NCBI GenBank assembly: GCA_031551625.1
Contig: JAVBNJ010000030.1
Location: 1,592-65,591 of the forward strand
DNA length: 64,000 nt
Source of the DNA: Bacteroidales bacterium
GTDB taxonomy: Bacteria; Bacteroidota; Bacteroidia; Bacteroidales; UBA932
Reading direction: 5' to 3'
Positions 9,825 to 18,869 of this stretch are shown here, piece by piece (the stretch's first letter is position 1; each line of letters begins with the position of its first letter). The notes under the pieces were generated by a model. That model searched no databases. It worked only from the letters and a program-made list of their open reading frames with translations, and was not told the DNA's origin. Position numbers and translations under genes: made by a program.

Positions 9825-11093
9825 TTATCGCTTCATCAAGTCGTATGCCTTTTGGGCAGCGCGTTCAAGAATCTCGTCTTCGCCGGGCACGCAGCGGTTT
9901 TCCATCAGAATTTTTCCATCGCAAATGACAGTATCAATACTATCGCTATGAGCAGAATAAATTAAGTTCGAAACAAAATTGAAGTTAGGGGTGAATGCCG
10001 GTATCTTTACATCCACAATATTCAAGTCGGCCAAACATCCTTCTTTTATTTTTCCGGCATTTATTCCAACGATTTTTGCGCCGTTTTCCGTAATGCATTG
10101 CAATGCCTCGGTAGCAGGCATGGTTGTAGGGCTATTGCGCCATGCTTTTTGCACCAACGAAGCTGTTTTGGCTGCTTCGAGCATATCCAGATTATTCGAC
10201 GATCCGCAGCCATCGGTACCAATCCCCACGGTAATACCTGCAGCTTTCATTTCTTCGTATTTGAATTGGTACCCCGATGTTAATTTTAAATTGGAATTGG
10301 GGTTGTATACCACCTTAACATCATTGGCAGCCAACATGGCTATTTCTTCCTCGTCAATCCACACACAGTGGGCAATAATCAACCGGGGCGACAGCAATCC
10401 TATTTTGTTTAAATAACGTACAGGGCTCAACCCAAAATCCTTTACCGAATTATCGTACTCCGTTTTTGTTTCGGCCAGGTGAAAATGGATTAGCGTATTA
10501 GTTGCTTTTGCAAAACCGGCCACCCATTGCAATGTAGCAGCCGACACGGTGTAGATGGCATGTGGCGCCATACAAAATGAAACACGGTCGCTATGCGGTA
10601 TTGCAAAATACGTTTCAATTTCACGTTTAGCCCGTTTTGCTTTTTCTTCGTCGAAAAAATCAAACATTACAGGACCCAACACCGCACGTATACCCATTTC
10701 TTCCACCGCTTGCAATATGGCAGGGTAATGCATATACATATCATTGAAACAAGTAGTACCCGTCTTTATCATTTCAAGGCAAGCCAACTTCGTAGCCCAG
10801 TACACATCCTCGCCGGTAAGCTTCGCTTCATATGGCCAAATTTTTTCTTGCAGCCATTGCTCCAGCGGCATGTCGTCGCCGGCACCACGAAAAAGGGTCA
10901 TAGCAGCATGCGTATGTCCGTTAATGAAACCCGGTATCACAGCCTTGCCAGTACCGTCAATTACCTTATCGGCGTTATCAATCAAGCCCTCCCCTACCCG
11001 TTTGATATACTTTCCTTCGATAAAAATATCAACCGGTTTTTGGTTAAGCTGTATGTTTTTAATAAGGATACTCATGGTAGATTTTTTTACCAA
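9825..11093 (-). CDS. mtaD: amidohydrolase, probably 5-methylthioadenosine/S-adenosylhomocysteine deaminase
   Basis: [30 protein letters not shown] and GTDG metal-binding motifs. It lies adjacent to the PNP gene. The true start may be the Met at 11075 (MSILIKN...). Confidence 0.8.
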   Translation of the reverse strand: MVKKSTMSILIKNIQLNQKPVDIFIEGKYIKRVGEGLIDNADKVIDGTGKAVIPGFINGHTHAAMTLFRGAGDDMPLEQWLQEKIWPYEAKLTGEDVYWATKLACLEMIKTGTTCFNDMYMHYPAILQAVEEMGIRAVLGPVMFDFFDEEKAKRAKREIETYFAIPHSDRVSFCMAPHAIYTVSAATLQWVAGFAKATNTLIHFHLAETKTEYDNSVKDFGLSPVRYLNKIGLLSPRLIIAHCVWIDEEEIAMLAANDVKVVYNPNSNLKLTSGYQFKYEEMKAAGITVGIGTDGCGSSNNLDMLEAAKTASLVQKAWRNSPTTMPATEALQCITENGAKIVGINAGKIKEGCLADLNIVDVKIPAFTPNFNFVSNLIYSAHSDSIDTVICDGKILMENRCVPGEDEILERAAQKAYDLMKR

Positions 11094-11126
11094 AGATATA
11101 AATTAAATTCAATAAAGAAGTCATCT

Positions 11127-11930
11127 CTACATCCCGTAGAATACCCGCAACAGCGCCTGGTGCCAGCGCGACGGCACAATTGCCTTGGATTTGGTAAACG
11201 TAACCTGCAACAGATTGCCTACTCGATAACGGAATTTCGGCCGCTTTGACCGGATAATTTTATAAATTACTCTTGCCAGTTTAACCGGCTGACAACCGTT
11301 GTTTTCTTCTTTTTCGATGAGTTGTAAACATTTTTTGAAGCGCGAACCATACCCGGAGCTACTGAGTGTGGCTTCGGACACCGTGCGGTTAGCTGTAAAT
11401 CCGGTACAAAAATCGCCCGGTTCAATCACTGAAACTTTGATATTGAATGGATGTACTTCCATGCTCAACGCTTCACTATACCCTTCAATAGCAAATTTCG
11501 ACGCCGAGTAAAACCCTTGGAATGGAATGCCCATGAAGCCTGCCAGCGAACTCATGTTAATTATTTTACCACAACGAGCAGCGCGCATGTGTGGTAACAC
11601 GGCAGTGCAAGTATTGACTGTACCTAAAAAATTCGTTTGCATCTGTTGCTGGATTTCGGCGGGAGTAGCCAATTCCACCGCCCCGCCGATTCCCATGCCT
11701 GCATTGTTAATCAACACATCTATTTTTTCCTGTTCATCAATAATTTTTTGAACACCTTGTTGTATGGACTCCGGCTTCGTCACGTCCATTTGCAACATAC
11801 GTACACCGTTGATATCATTGCAAGCCTTGCGGCTTGTGCCGTATACGACAAATCCTTTTGCCGCTAAATATTCGGCGCACGATTTCCCTATGCCCGACGA
11901 TGCTCCCGTAATCAATACAACAATATTCAT
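11127..11930 (-). CDS. short-chain dehydrogenase/reductase (SDR) family oxidoreductase
   Basis: ITGASSGIG cofactor motif, NNAG, and the YSASKFAIE catalytic Tyr/Lys. Confidence 0.9.
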   Translation of the reverse strand: MNIVVLITGASSGIGKSCAEYLAAKGFVVYGTSRKACNDINGVRMLQMDVTKPESIQQGVQKIIDEQEKIDVLINNAGMGIGGAVELATPAEIQQQMQTNFLGTVNTCTAVLPHMRAARCGKIINMSSLAGFMGIPFQGFYSASKFAIEGYSEALSMEVHPFNIKVSVIEPGDFCTGFTANRTVSEATLSSSGYGSRFKKCLQLIEKEENNGCQPVKLARVIYKIIRSKRPKFRYRVGNLLQVTFTKSKAIVPSRWHQALLRVFYGM

Positions 11931-11971
11931 AATCTGTGTAATCTATAAAAACCTGCGCAATCTGTGTTCAC
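11931..11971 (-). repeat. CACAGATT-family 3-prime repeat after the DUF3078 gene
   Basis: The plus strand reads AATCTGTGTAATCTATAAAAACCTGCGCAATCTGTGTTCAC. In the transcript sense this gives CACAGATT units starting directly after the stop codon. Confidence 0.6.
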
Positions 11972-12970
11972 TTAAAACGAATAGGCAATCCCTAGCCCCA
12001 ACATTTCTTTAAACTGTACCTTCGGTCCCCGCTCGTTGCCATCGCCGTCAGTGGTTTTCACCGCATCGTCGTATCTCAACGAAAGATTCAGCGTAGTGGT
12101 AAGAAATTTATTAATCTTCATACTCACCAACACATCCCAATTAATTACTACCATCCCGAATGTTTCATAGGCCGAAAACAGGTCCAGCGTACTCATGATT
12201 TGGATGTTGTCCGTAATTTTTTTATCCAAGCCCACTTTGGCGTACATACCGATTTGTGATCGAATCCGGTCGCCGGGTTTCACCCCAAACGAACCTGCTT
12301 GCGAAAGACTATCGTCCAACACAAATGTTAAGCGATCGGTGAGCGGTGACACAAATACCGAAAGGAAATCGGTTGGTTTGTAATCAATACCAATTGCAAG
12401 ATTCAAGTAACCGGGAGCCATCCAGTTTGAAATATAATTCTCATCGGTCGGATTCTTATACCCTTCGGCATATTGGGTCGAAAAATCCACCAAAAATGAA
12501 TAATACAAGTTTTTGTTTTGTGCAAATCCTACTTTCGAAGTAAATTGTAACTTATCGGCACTCTTTTGCCAGTTGTTGGTTTTGGTATACAACATGCCGA
12601 ATTCCGTGTTCAATTGGTTATCCCAAGCCCAACGGTTTTTCTTAAAGCTCAATTGTGCATTCAAATACACATTGGCCGCCACGGTATTTTCTCCCCCGGC
12701 AGACCAGTTCGATAATGCAGTTTGTGTAAAATTCAAGCCGCTGATACCGGTCAGCTTCCACGGCGATTTTGGAGCATCCGAATCTGCAACCATCGTTTCT
12801 GCAGCCATTGCCGTAGCTTCCTGCGATTTTTTCATGGCATCCTGCGCAGCCGTCAGGTCTGTTTGGGCAAATGCAGTAGTAGCAAATATAAGTGAGAGTG
12901 AAAAAATAAGTATACGTTTAGCTACGCTGAACTCAGCGTTGTGTTTTGATTTTAATAGTGTCCGGTTCAT
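11972..12970 (-). CDS. DUF3078-family outer-membrane protein
   Basis: Signal peptide. GLNFTQTALSNWSAGGENT is typical of DUF3078. C-terminal end ...GLGIAYSF. It carries the N-terminal extension MNRTLLKSKHNAEFSVAK that is shared with the gene at 54124. Confidence 0.7.
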   Translation of the reverse strand: MNRTLLKSKHNAEFSVAKRILIFSLSLIFATTAFAQTDLTAAQDAMKKSQEATAMAAETMVADSDAPKSPWKLTGISGLNFTQTALSNWSAGGENTVAANVYLNAQLSFKKNRWAWDNQLNTEFGMLYTKTNNWQKSADKLQFTSKVGFAQNKNLYYSFLVDFSTQYAEGYKNPTDENYISNWMAPGYLNLAIGIDYKPTDFLSVFVSPLTDRLTFVLDDSLSQAGSFGVKPGDRIRSQIGMYAKVGLDKKITDNIQIMSTLDLFSAYETFGMVVINWDVLVSMKINKFLTTTLNLSLRYDDAVKTTDGDGNERGPKVQFKEMLGLGIAYSF

Positions 12971-12971
12971 G

Positions 12972-13394
12972 CTATTTAGTATTTTGTTTTAACAAATCGC
13001 GAATTTCTGTGAGCAGTTGAACATCTTGCGGTGGTGCAGCAGGGGCTGCCGGTTCTTCTTTCTTTTTCAGTCTCGAGATACCTTTTACCAACATAAAAAT
13101 ACAAAAAGCTACAATAATAAAATCAAAAACCACTTGCAGGAAATTACCGTAGCCGATAACAACAGCCGGAGTACTCAAGCCTGTAGCCGCATCAACCGTA
13201 GCCGCTTTCAATGTAATGCTCAGATCTTTGAAATCAACACCTCCAATGAGTAAACCGAGTGGCGGCATCAGGATATCAGACACTACAGAACTTACTATTT
13301 TACCAAAAGCCGCACCGATAATGATACCAACGGCCATATCAATTACATTGCCACGCAAGGCAAATGCTTTAAACTCTTCTATTATTTTTTTCAT
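12972..13394 (-). CDS. mscL: large-conductance mechanosensitive channel
   Basis: [34 protein letters not shown] is the MscL signature. 140 aa. Confidence 0.95.
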   Translation of the reverse strand: MKKIIEEFKAFALRGNVIDMAVGIIIGAAFGKIVSSVVSDILMPPLGLLIGGVDFKDLSITLKAATVDAATGLSTPAVVIGYGNFLQVVFDFIIVAFCIFMLVKGISRLKKKEEPAAPAAPPQDVQLLTEIRDLLKQNTK

Positions 13395-13417
13395 CTCTTA
13401 TGTGTGATTTACGCGAA

Positions 13418-13464
13418 TTCAGGCGGATAGTCGCGGATTCAAGAACCAGCGAAATCCGCCTGAA
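13418..13464 (-). terminator. hairpin downstream of sdhB (terminator-like, without a clear U-run)
   Basis: 11-bp stem TTCAGGCGGAT/ATCCGCCTGAA enclosing a second short stem. It is built from GCGGAT-type repeat units. Confidence 0.4.
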
Positions 13465-13492
13465 ATCTGTGTTAATTCGTGTAATCTATGAA
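13463..13492 (-). repeat. CACAGATT-family 3-prime repeat after sdhB
   Basis: The plus strand reads AAATCTGTGTTAATTCGTGTAATCTATGAA, directly adjacent to the sdhB stop at 13493. Confidence 0.6.
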
Positions 13493-14272
13493 CTAGTCTT
13501 TTAGTTTAGCGCACAAAAATTCACGATTCATGCGGGCAATGTGGGCAATCGAAATATCTTTCGGGCACTCCATTTCACAAGCCTGCGTGTTGGTACAAGA
13601 ACCAAAACCAAGCTCATCCATTTTGGCCACCATCGCTTTGGCGCGACGCGATGCTTCAATTTTTCCTTGCGGCAACAAGGCCAGCGAGCTTACACGCGCC
13701 GATACGAACAACATCGCCGAACCGTTTTTGCAAGTAGCTACGCAAGCGCCACAACCCACGCAAGCAGCCGCATCCATGCTTTCGTCCGATTTTTCTTTCG
13801 AAATAGGAATGGCATTACCATCGGGCACACCGCCTGTATTTACCGACACAAAGCCGCCTGCTTGCAAGATTTTATCGAATGCACCACGGTCTACCACCAA
13901 GTCTTTTACCACCGGGAAACCGGCGCTACGCCACGGTTCGATAGTGATTGTTTCGCCGTCTTTAAACTTGCGCATGTGTAACTGGCAAGTTGTAATATCA
14001 TCGTCGGGGCCATGTGCACGGCCATTGATGTACAACGAACACATTCCGCAAATTCCTTCGCGGCAGTCGTGGTCGAACGCCACCGGACCGCCGCCCTTGC
14101 ACCCTTTGTTTACCGCTACCGGATCACAACCTTCGCGCACCAGCTGTTCGTTGAGGATATCCATCATTTCGAGGAATGATGTATCGGCCGAAATGTTTTC
14201 GATTTTGTATGTTTCAAATTTTCCTTTTGCTTTGGCGTTTGCTTGGCGCCATATTTTTAGAGTGAAATTCAT
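13493..14272 (-). CDS. sdhB: succinate dehydrogenase/fumarate reductase iron-sulfur subunit
   Basis: [17 protein letters not shown] and [13 protein letters not shown]e-S cluster motifs. It lies directly downstream of the flavoprotein subunit gene. Confidence 0.95.
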   Translation of the reverse strand: MNFTLKIWRQANAKAKGKFETYKIENISADTSFLEMMDILNEQLVREGCDPVAVNKGCKGGGPVAFDHDCREGICGMCSLYINGRAHGPDDDITTCQLHMRKFKDGETITIEPWRSAGFPVVKDLVVDRGAFDKILQAGGFVSVNTGGVPDGNAIPISKEKSDESMDAAACVGCGACVATCKNGSAMLFVSARVSSLALLPQGKIEASRRAKAMVAKMDELGFGSCTNTQACEMECPKDISIAHIARMNREFLCAKLKD

Positions 14273-14313
14273 AATCTCAATTTTAATCTGTGAAAATCCG
14301 TGTAATCTGTGGA
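14273..14313 (-). repeat. CACAGATT-family 3-prime repeat after sdhA
   Basis: The plus strand reads AATCTCAATTTTAATCTGTGAAAATCCGTGTAATCTGTGGA, filling the sdhA-sdhB spacer. Confidence 0.6.
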
Positions 14314-16257
14314 CTAGTCTTGATAGTTACGAGTGGCCGGTTTAACAAACTCGTAGTTCAACGGCTCTTTGTGTAACTCATGTGCATTGTCGCCTTTGTA
14401 CTCCCAAGTCGATACATACATGTAGTTCTTATCGTCGCGCAATGTTTCGCCGTCTTCCGTTTGCATTTCTTCACGGAAGTGGCCACCGCACGACTCATTC
14501 CGGTTCAGCGCATCCATAGCCATCAGTTCACCCATTTCGAAAAAGTCTGCTACACGCAACGCCTTTTCCAATTCCTGGTTGAATTCGCCATTTTCGCCCG
14601 GTACGTACACATTACTCCAAAACTCTTTGCGCAAAGCACGAATTTCGTCAATGGCTTCTTTCAACCCTTTTTCGTTACGCGCCATACCCACTTTGTCCCA
14701 CATGATTTTTCCGAGGTGCTTGTGGTAATAATCTACCGGCTGTTTACCTTTCACTGCAAACAGTTTCGCCACTTTTTCCTTGATCGCTTTTTCGGCTTCT
14801 TCGAAAGCAGGGTGGCTTGTATCGGTTTTCTTCACCTGGATTTTGCCGGCCAGATAATCGCCGATTGTATACGGCAATACAAAATACCCGTCGGCCAAAC
14901 CTTGCATCAATGCCGAAGCGCCGAGGCGATTGCCGCCATGGTCGCTGAAGTTGGCTTCGCCAATAGCGTAGAGGCCGGGGATAGTCGTCATCAAATTATA
15001 GTCAACCCACAAACCTCCCATTGTATAGTGGATGGCCGGGTAAATCATCATCGGCTCGTTGTACGGATTCACATCGGTAATCTTTTCGTACATTTGGAAA
15101 AGGTTGCCATAGCGTTCTTCAATCACATGCTTGCCGAGACGCTGGATAGCGGTCGAGAAATCGAGGAACACGGCCAAGCCTGTTTCGTTCACACCGAAAC
15201 CGGCATCGCAACGTTCTTTGGCAGCACGCGAAGCCACATCGCGCGGCACCAGGTTACCAAATGCCGGGTAACGGCGTTAGAGATAATAATCGCGATCTTC
15301 TTCTGCAATTTGTGAACCTGTTATTTGTCTTTTGCGGAGCTTTTCCACATCTTCTTTTTTCTTGGGAACCCAAATTCGACCATCATTACGCAACGATTCC
15401 GACATCAATGTCAGTTTCGATTGCTGCTCGCCGTGTACCGGAATACATGTCGGGTGAATTTGCGTAAAGCTCGGGTTGCCGAAGAAAGCGCCTTTCTTGT
15501 AGCATTGCCAAGCCGCCGAACCATTACTGTTCATGGCATTGGTCGACAAGAAGAATACGTTGCCGTAACCGCCCGTAGCAATAACTACGGCATGTGCCCC
15601 GTGGCGCTCAATCTCGCCGGTAACCAGGTTACGCGCCAAAATACCTTTTGCTTCGCCGTCAATCATTACCAAATCCAACATTTCGTGGCGCGGATAGGAT
15701 TTCACTTGCCCTTTCGAAACAGCGCGGTTCAATGTTGCATAAGCGCCCAACAACAACTGTTGCCCGGTTTGACCGCGGGCATAAAACGTACGGCTCACCT
15801 GCGCGCCACCGAACGAGCGGTTGTCGAGCAGTCCGCCGTAATCACGCGCAAACGGAACGCCTTGCGCCACACACTGGTCGATAATCAGATTACTTACTTC
15901 GGCCAAGCGGTACACGTTTGCTTCGCGGGCGCGATAGTCGCCGCCTTTAATGGTGTCGTAGAACAAGCGGTACACCGAATCGTTATCATTCGGGTAATTC
16001 TTTGCGGCATTAATACCACCCTGTGCGGCAATTGAGTGTGCACGGCGCGGAGAGTCGCTAATACAGAAAATTTTTACATTGTAGCCAAGTTCGCCAAGCG
16101 AGGCTGCCGCCGAAGCGCCACCCAAGCCGGTTCCTACCACAATAATTTCGAGCTTGCGCTTGTTCGCGGGGCTCACTACGCGGATCGCTGCCTTGTGGCG
16201 CGCCCACTTTTCAGCCAAAGGGCCTTCGGGAATTTTAGCAATCAGTTTTTCTGACAT
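14314..16257 (-). pseudogene. sdhA: succinate dehydrogenase/fumarate reductase flavoprotein subunit, interrupted by one in-frame TAA
   Basis: ORFs 15277-16257 and 14314-15249 are in the same frame. They read ...[40 protein letters not shown]..., a continuous FrdA/SdhA sequence. FAD motif [12 protein letters not shown]. The stop codon is at 15277-15279. Confidence 0.85.
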
Positions 16258-16330
16258 ATCGGTTGATTTAATAAATTTTCAAAATAATCCGCGAATTTAA
16301 TCATTTTTATGCGGTAAAAAAAATTGGCCT

Positions 16331-16338
16331 TATATTTG
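16331..16338 (+). promoter_or_regulatory. -7 promoter box for the DUF4251 gene
   Basis: TATATTTG, 37 nt upstream of ATG 16375. Confidence 0.45.
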
Positions 16339-16374
16339 TAGCATCCTTTTATGTTACTATTAAAACAAAAAATC

Positions 16375-16878
16375 ATGAGAAAAATCTTTACAACTCTGTT
16401 ACTATGTGCATTAACACTCTCGTTAATAGCAGAGGAACCTGCCAAAAGCACCGGCAACGAAACACAAGCAGCCAAAGTAAAGCAGGCAACCGAAGCAAAA
16501 AACTATACGATTGAAGTCGACAGGGCCTTCCCCATGCGCGGACAGTCCATTAACCTCACTTCGTCATACGATCTGGCCGTGCGTGGCGACTCAGTTACTG
16601 CCTACCTTCCCTACTTTGGCGTGTCACAACGCGCAATATATGGCGACAGCGAAGGCGGCATCAAATTTGCCGAACCGGCTGCCAACTATAAAATTAGTTA
16701 CAATGAGAAAAAACAGCAATATCATATCACTTTTGATATTCGCTCTCCAAAGGACTCTTATAAAATCTCATTGTACATTTTCACGAACGGCAGCGCTTCG
16801 GTCGATATTTCGCCTTCCAGCTCCGACTTCATTAGCTATCGAGGAGAACTTGTATTTAAAGACAATGAAAAGAAATAA
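16375..16878 (+). CDS. DUF4251-family secreted protein or lipoprotein
   Basis: MRKIFTTLLLCALTLSL signal peptide. The body FPMRGQSINLTSSYDL..GDSV.AYLPYFG matches the DUF4251 pattern from memory. The start was chosen at the ATG 36 nt downstream of the TATATTTG box. Confidence 0.65.
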   Translation: MRKIFTTLLLCALTLSLIAEEPAKSTGNETQAAKVKQATEAKNYTIEVDRAFPMRGQSINLTSSYDLAVRGDSVTAYLPYFGVSQRAIYGDSEGGIKFAEPAANYKISYNEKKQQYHITFDIRSPKDSYKISLYIFTNGSASVDISPSSSDFISYRGELVFKDNEKK

Positions 16879-16916
16879 AAAACCGCCGTTGCAAACAGTT
16901 TGCAACGGCGGTTTTT
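16879..16916. terminator. bidirectional terminator between the DUF4251 gene and lipoprotein gene 16940
   Basis: 13-bp stem CCGCCGTTGCAAA/TTTGCAACGGCGG with a 3-nt loop, flanked by an A-run and a T-run. Confidence 0.75.
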
Positions 16917-16939
16917 GTAATAGTTATCAACTGCAAATA

Positions 16940-17467
16940 TTAGTCAAAAGTAATTGATGAAATTACAATAACCATTCCACTAGCTACATCTGCTTGCTTA
17001 AGATTTATCAAGATGTTTTTTACAGACTTCCCATTTACAGTACCATTAGCAACTGCAGCATCATATATGCTTTCATCATCATCCTCAACGCCGCCATTTC
17101 CTTGGAACTTCAATAGTCCTATAGGAGTAACAATGTCTTGTTTTGCAACAGTAGAGAAAGCAACCCAAGCGTCTTGCTCATTTTCTACGGCCTGTGTAGT
17201 TAGTACCAAACCATTTATTACAACATTACCCATACCCGGAATTGCAATAGTAGAAGACAATTGCAAATCGCTATCCCCACTTTTTGCCACAGCAATGGTA
17301 ATATTGGGAATGGTCGTCGGAGTCGGACCTGCATACACTATTGCGGTAGCAGTATAATTACCCGCTAAAGTATCGCGATAATCAGGGTCATCTTTTTTGC
17401 AACCACTGAAGGCTACCAACGATACGCCCAATGCAAGGGCGATCATACTTTTCAAAACTTTTTTCAT
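16940..17467 (-). CDS. lipoprotein, lipocalin/calycin-like family (paralog 1 of 3)
   Basis: Lipobox LVAFSGC, then DY..LAGNYTATA. It shares the DY-x5-G-x-Y-x-GT and V-I-V-KSG motifs with the ORFs at 17631 and 18232. Confidence 0.55.
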   Translation of the reverse strand: MKKVLKSMIALALGVSLVAFSGCKKDDPDYRDTLAGNYTATAIVYAGPTPTTIPNITIAVAKSGDSDLQLSSTIAIPGMGNVVINGLVLTTQAVENEQDAWVAFSTVAKQDIVTPIGLLKFQGNGGVEDDDESIYDAAVANGTVNGKSVKNILINLKQADVASGMVIVISSITFD

Positions 17468-17515
17468 AATAGATTATTAATTAAAATTTAGTTATTAGTT
17501 TATAATTTTGTATTG

Positions 17516-17523
17516 CAAAGGTA
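17516..17523 (-). promoter_or_regulatory. -7 promoter box for lipoprotein gene 16940-17467
   Basis: TACCTTTG on the minus strand, 49 nt upstream of the ATG. Confidence 0.4.
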
Positions 17524-17572
17524 CGATTTTTAACTAATTAACCAAAAAAGTATACATGTAAAAAAATAATTG

Positions 17573-17580
17573 TACTTTTG
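17573..17580 (+). promoter_or_regulatory. -7 promoter box for lipoprotein gene 17631-18116
   Basis: TACTTTTG, 51 nt upstream of the ATG. Confidence 0.4.
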
Positions 17581-17630
17581 TAAAACTTACTTTAAGTTAA
17601 GAATTCACAAATATTAAAGAAAAAATAGTA

Positions 17631-18116
17631 ATGAAAAAATTATGGATTTTAGCGGCATTGGCCGTAGCAGCAACAATTTTTACCGGTTGTAATAAGGACA
17701 AAACGTCTACTGACTATGCCCCTGACGCCGTAGGTAGCTATGAGGGAACTATAACTGTGCCCGAAACAACGGTTATGTCAATGACCATACCGGCACAAAC
17801 AATTCCGGATGTAACGATTACCGTTGAAAAAAGCGGAGAAAATAAAGTTACATTGAAAATGAACGAAACAATTGATGCCGCTGCAATAGGTGCATTAGCC
17901 TTAAACGTATCATGTCCTGCAACCACTTCGGATGGCGGTGACGGTAAAATAAAGATTGGTGGCAATACCATGGTTACACTGGAACAACCGCTCCCAGGCA
18001 TCGGGCTAAGCGAACTTCCGGTTTCTATCAACGGCACAATAGATGCAAGCGGCAACGCCAATTTCACTATTACGGTAATGAGTTTAATTAATGTTGCATT
18101 TGCCGGCACAAAATAA
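17631..18116 (+). CDS. lipoprotein, lipocalin/calycin-like family (paralog 2 of 3)
   Basis: Lipobox IFTGC, then TDYAPDAVGSYEGTITV and VTITVEKSGENKVTL. It has its own -7 box and terminator. Confidence 0.55.
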   Translation: MKKLWILAALAVAATIFTGCNKDKTSTDYAPDAVGSYEGTITVPETTVMSMTIPAQTIPDVTITVEKSGENKVTLKMNETIDAAAIGALALNVSCPATTSDGGDGKIKIGGNTMVTLEQPLPGIGLSELPVSINGTIDASGNANFTITVMSLINVAFAGTK

Positions 18117-18142
18117 CGGTCAATACTCTTGTTTAAAAAACT

Positions 18143-18181
18143 AAATACCCCGATTTTTAATGAAGCCGGGGTATTTTTTTT
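18143..18181 (+). terminator. intrinsic terminator after lipoprotein gene 17631-18116
   Basis: Stem AAATACCCCG/CGGGGTATTT followed by a run of T. Confidence 0.7.
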
Positions 18182-18202
18182 GCATTTCCTGCGAAACGAC
18201 CG

Positions 18203-18210
18203 TATCTTTG
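18203..18210 (+). promoter_or_regulatory. -7 promoter box for lipoprotein gene 18232-18729
   Basis: TATCTTTG, 22 nt upstream of the ATG. Confidence 0.45.
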
Positions 18211-18231
18211 TAGGCATAAATTTAAAAACTT

Positions 18232-18729
18232 ATGAAAAAAATAGTAATTCTAATAATGTTGGCCATAGTAAGCTTCAGCGCTTGCAAAAAAAATGACAAT
18301 ACGGATTATGCACAACAGGTTTCCGGTATTTATAAGGGAACAATGACTGTAAAAGTAGAAGAGGGAACCGTACAAGTTATCTCCAGCATGAAAGTGAGTG
18401 TAACTTATGTCGGGTTCAATGCTGTTTCCGTAAAAATAGACACCACTCTGAATTTTACCGCTGGCCCCCAAGCCTACGAAATACCCCTGAAGAAAACGTT
18501 TCCGGCTACCACCACTAATGGTAATGAGGGACGCGTGCTTGTTACGGGAACACTCGAAGAACTGCTGAGCCCGCCAATTATATTGCCCGGCCCTTTCCAC
18601 GGCGAACAAGGCACCTTGAAGCTGGCTTTTAACGGCACTGCCGGCATAAGTTCCCAACTAATCTTTTCGTTGAAATCGCCATCAGGAGTTACCACGCTAA
18701 ATACGGAGTTTACAGGACAAAAACAGTAA
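18232..18729 (+). CDS. lipoprotein, lipocalin/calycin-like family (paralog 3 of 3)
   Basis: Lipobox SFSAC, then TDYAQQVSGIYKGTMTV. It has its own -7 box TATCTTTG. Confidence 0.55.
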   Translation: MKKIVILIMLAIVSFSACKKNDNTDYAQQVSGIYKGTMTVKVEEGTVQVISSMKVSVTYVGFNAVSVKIDTTLNFTAGPQAYEIPLKKTFPATTTNGNEGRVLVTGTLEELLSPPIILPGPFHGEQGTLKLAFNGTAGISSQLIFSLKSPSGVTTLNTEFTGQKQ

Positions 18730-18839
18730 CTATACTTTCATCGTTCATACAAAGCAGGCTATACAGCTTGCTTTTTTTGTACGCAGTCAAAAATTAATTT
18801 GTGTATTTCCCACATTTATACATTAACCACATTATTTTG

Positions 18840-18847
18840 TATCTTTG
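18840..18847 (+). promoter_or_regulatory. -7 promoter box for the TonB-dependent receptor gene
   Basis: TATCTTTG, 23 nt upstream of ATG 18870. Confidence 0.45.
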
Positions 18848-18869
18848 TTCGTTTTTTTAGAAATTAAAA

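Noticed and set aside
13530-16035. Long plus-strand ORFs (13530-14345, 14380-15315, 15325-16035) antisense to sdhB and sdhA. Similar cases are 1012-1710 opposite rpsR/rpsF, 10593-11249 opposite mtaD, 38251-38961 opposite the giant gene and OMP gene, and 59578-60162 opposite the kinase gene.
   Set aside because: They are shadow ORFs on the strand opposite clearly identifiable conserved genes. Their translations are low-complexity, Cys/His/Arg-rich and match no family I know.
16242-16475. A 77-aa minus-strand ORF immediately upstream of sdhA, considered as a possible substitute for the missing cytochrome b subunit.
   Set aside because: It is too short and lacks the expected multiple TM helices and haem-ligand histidines. 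It also overlaps the start and promoter of the plus-strand DUF4251 gene.
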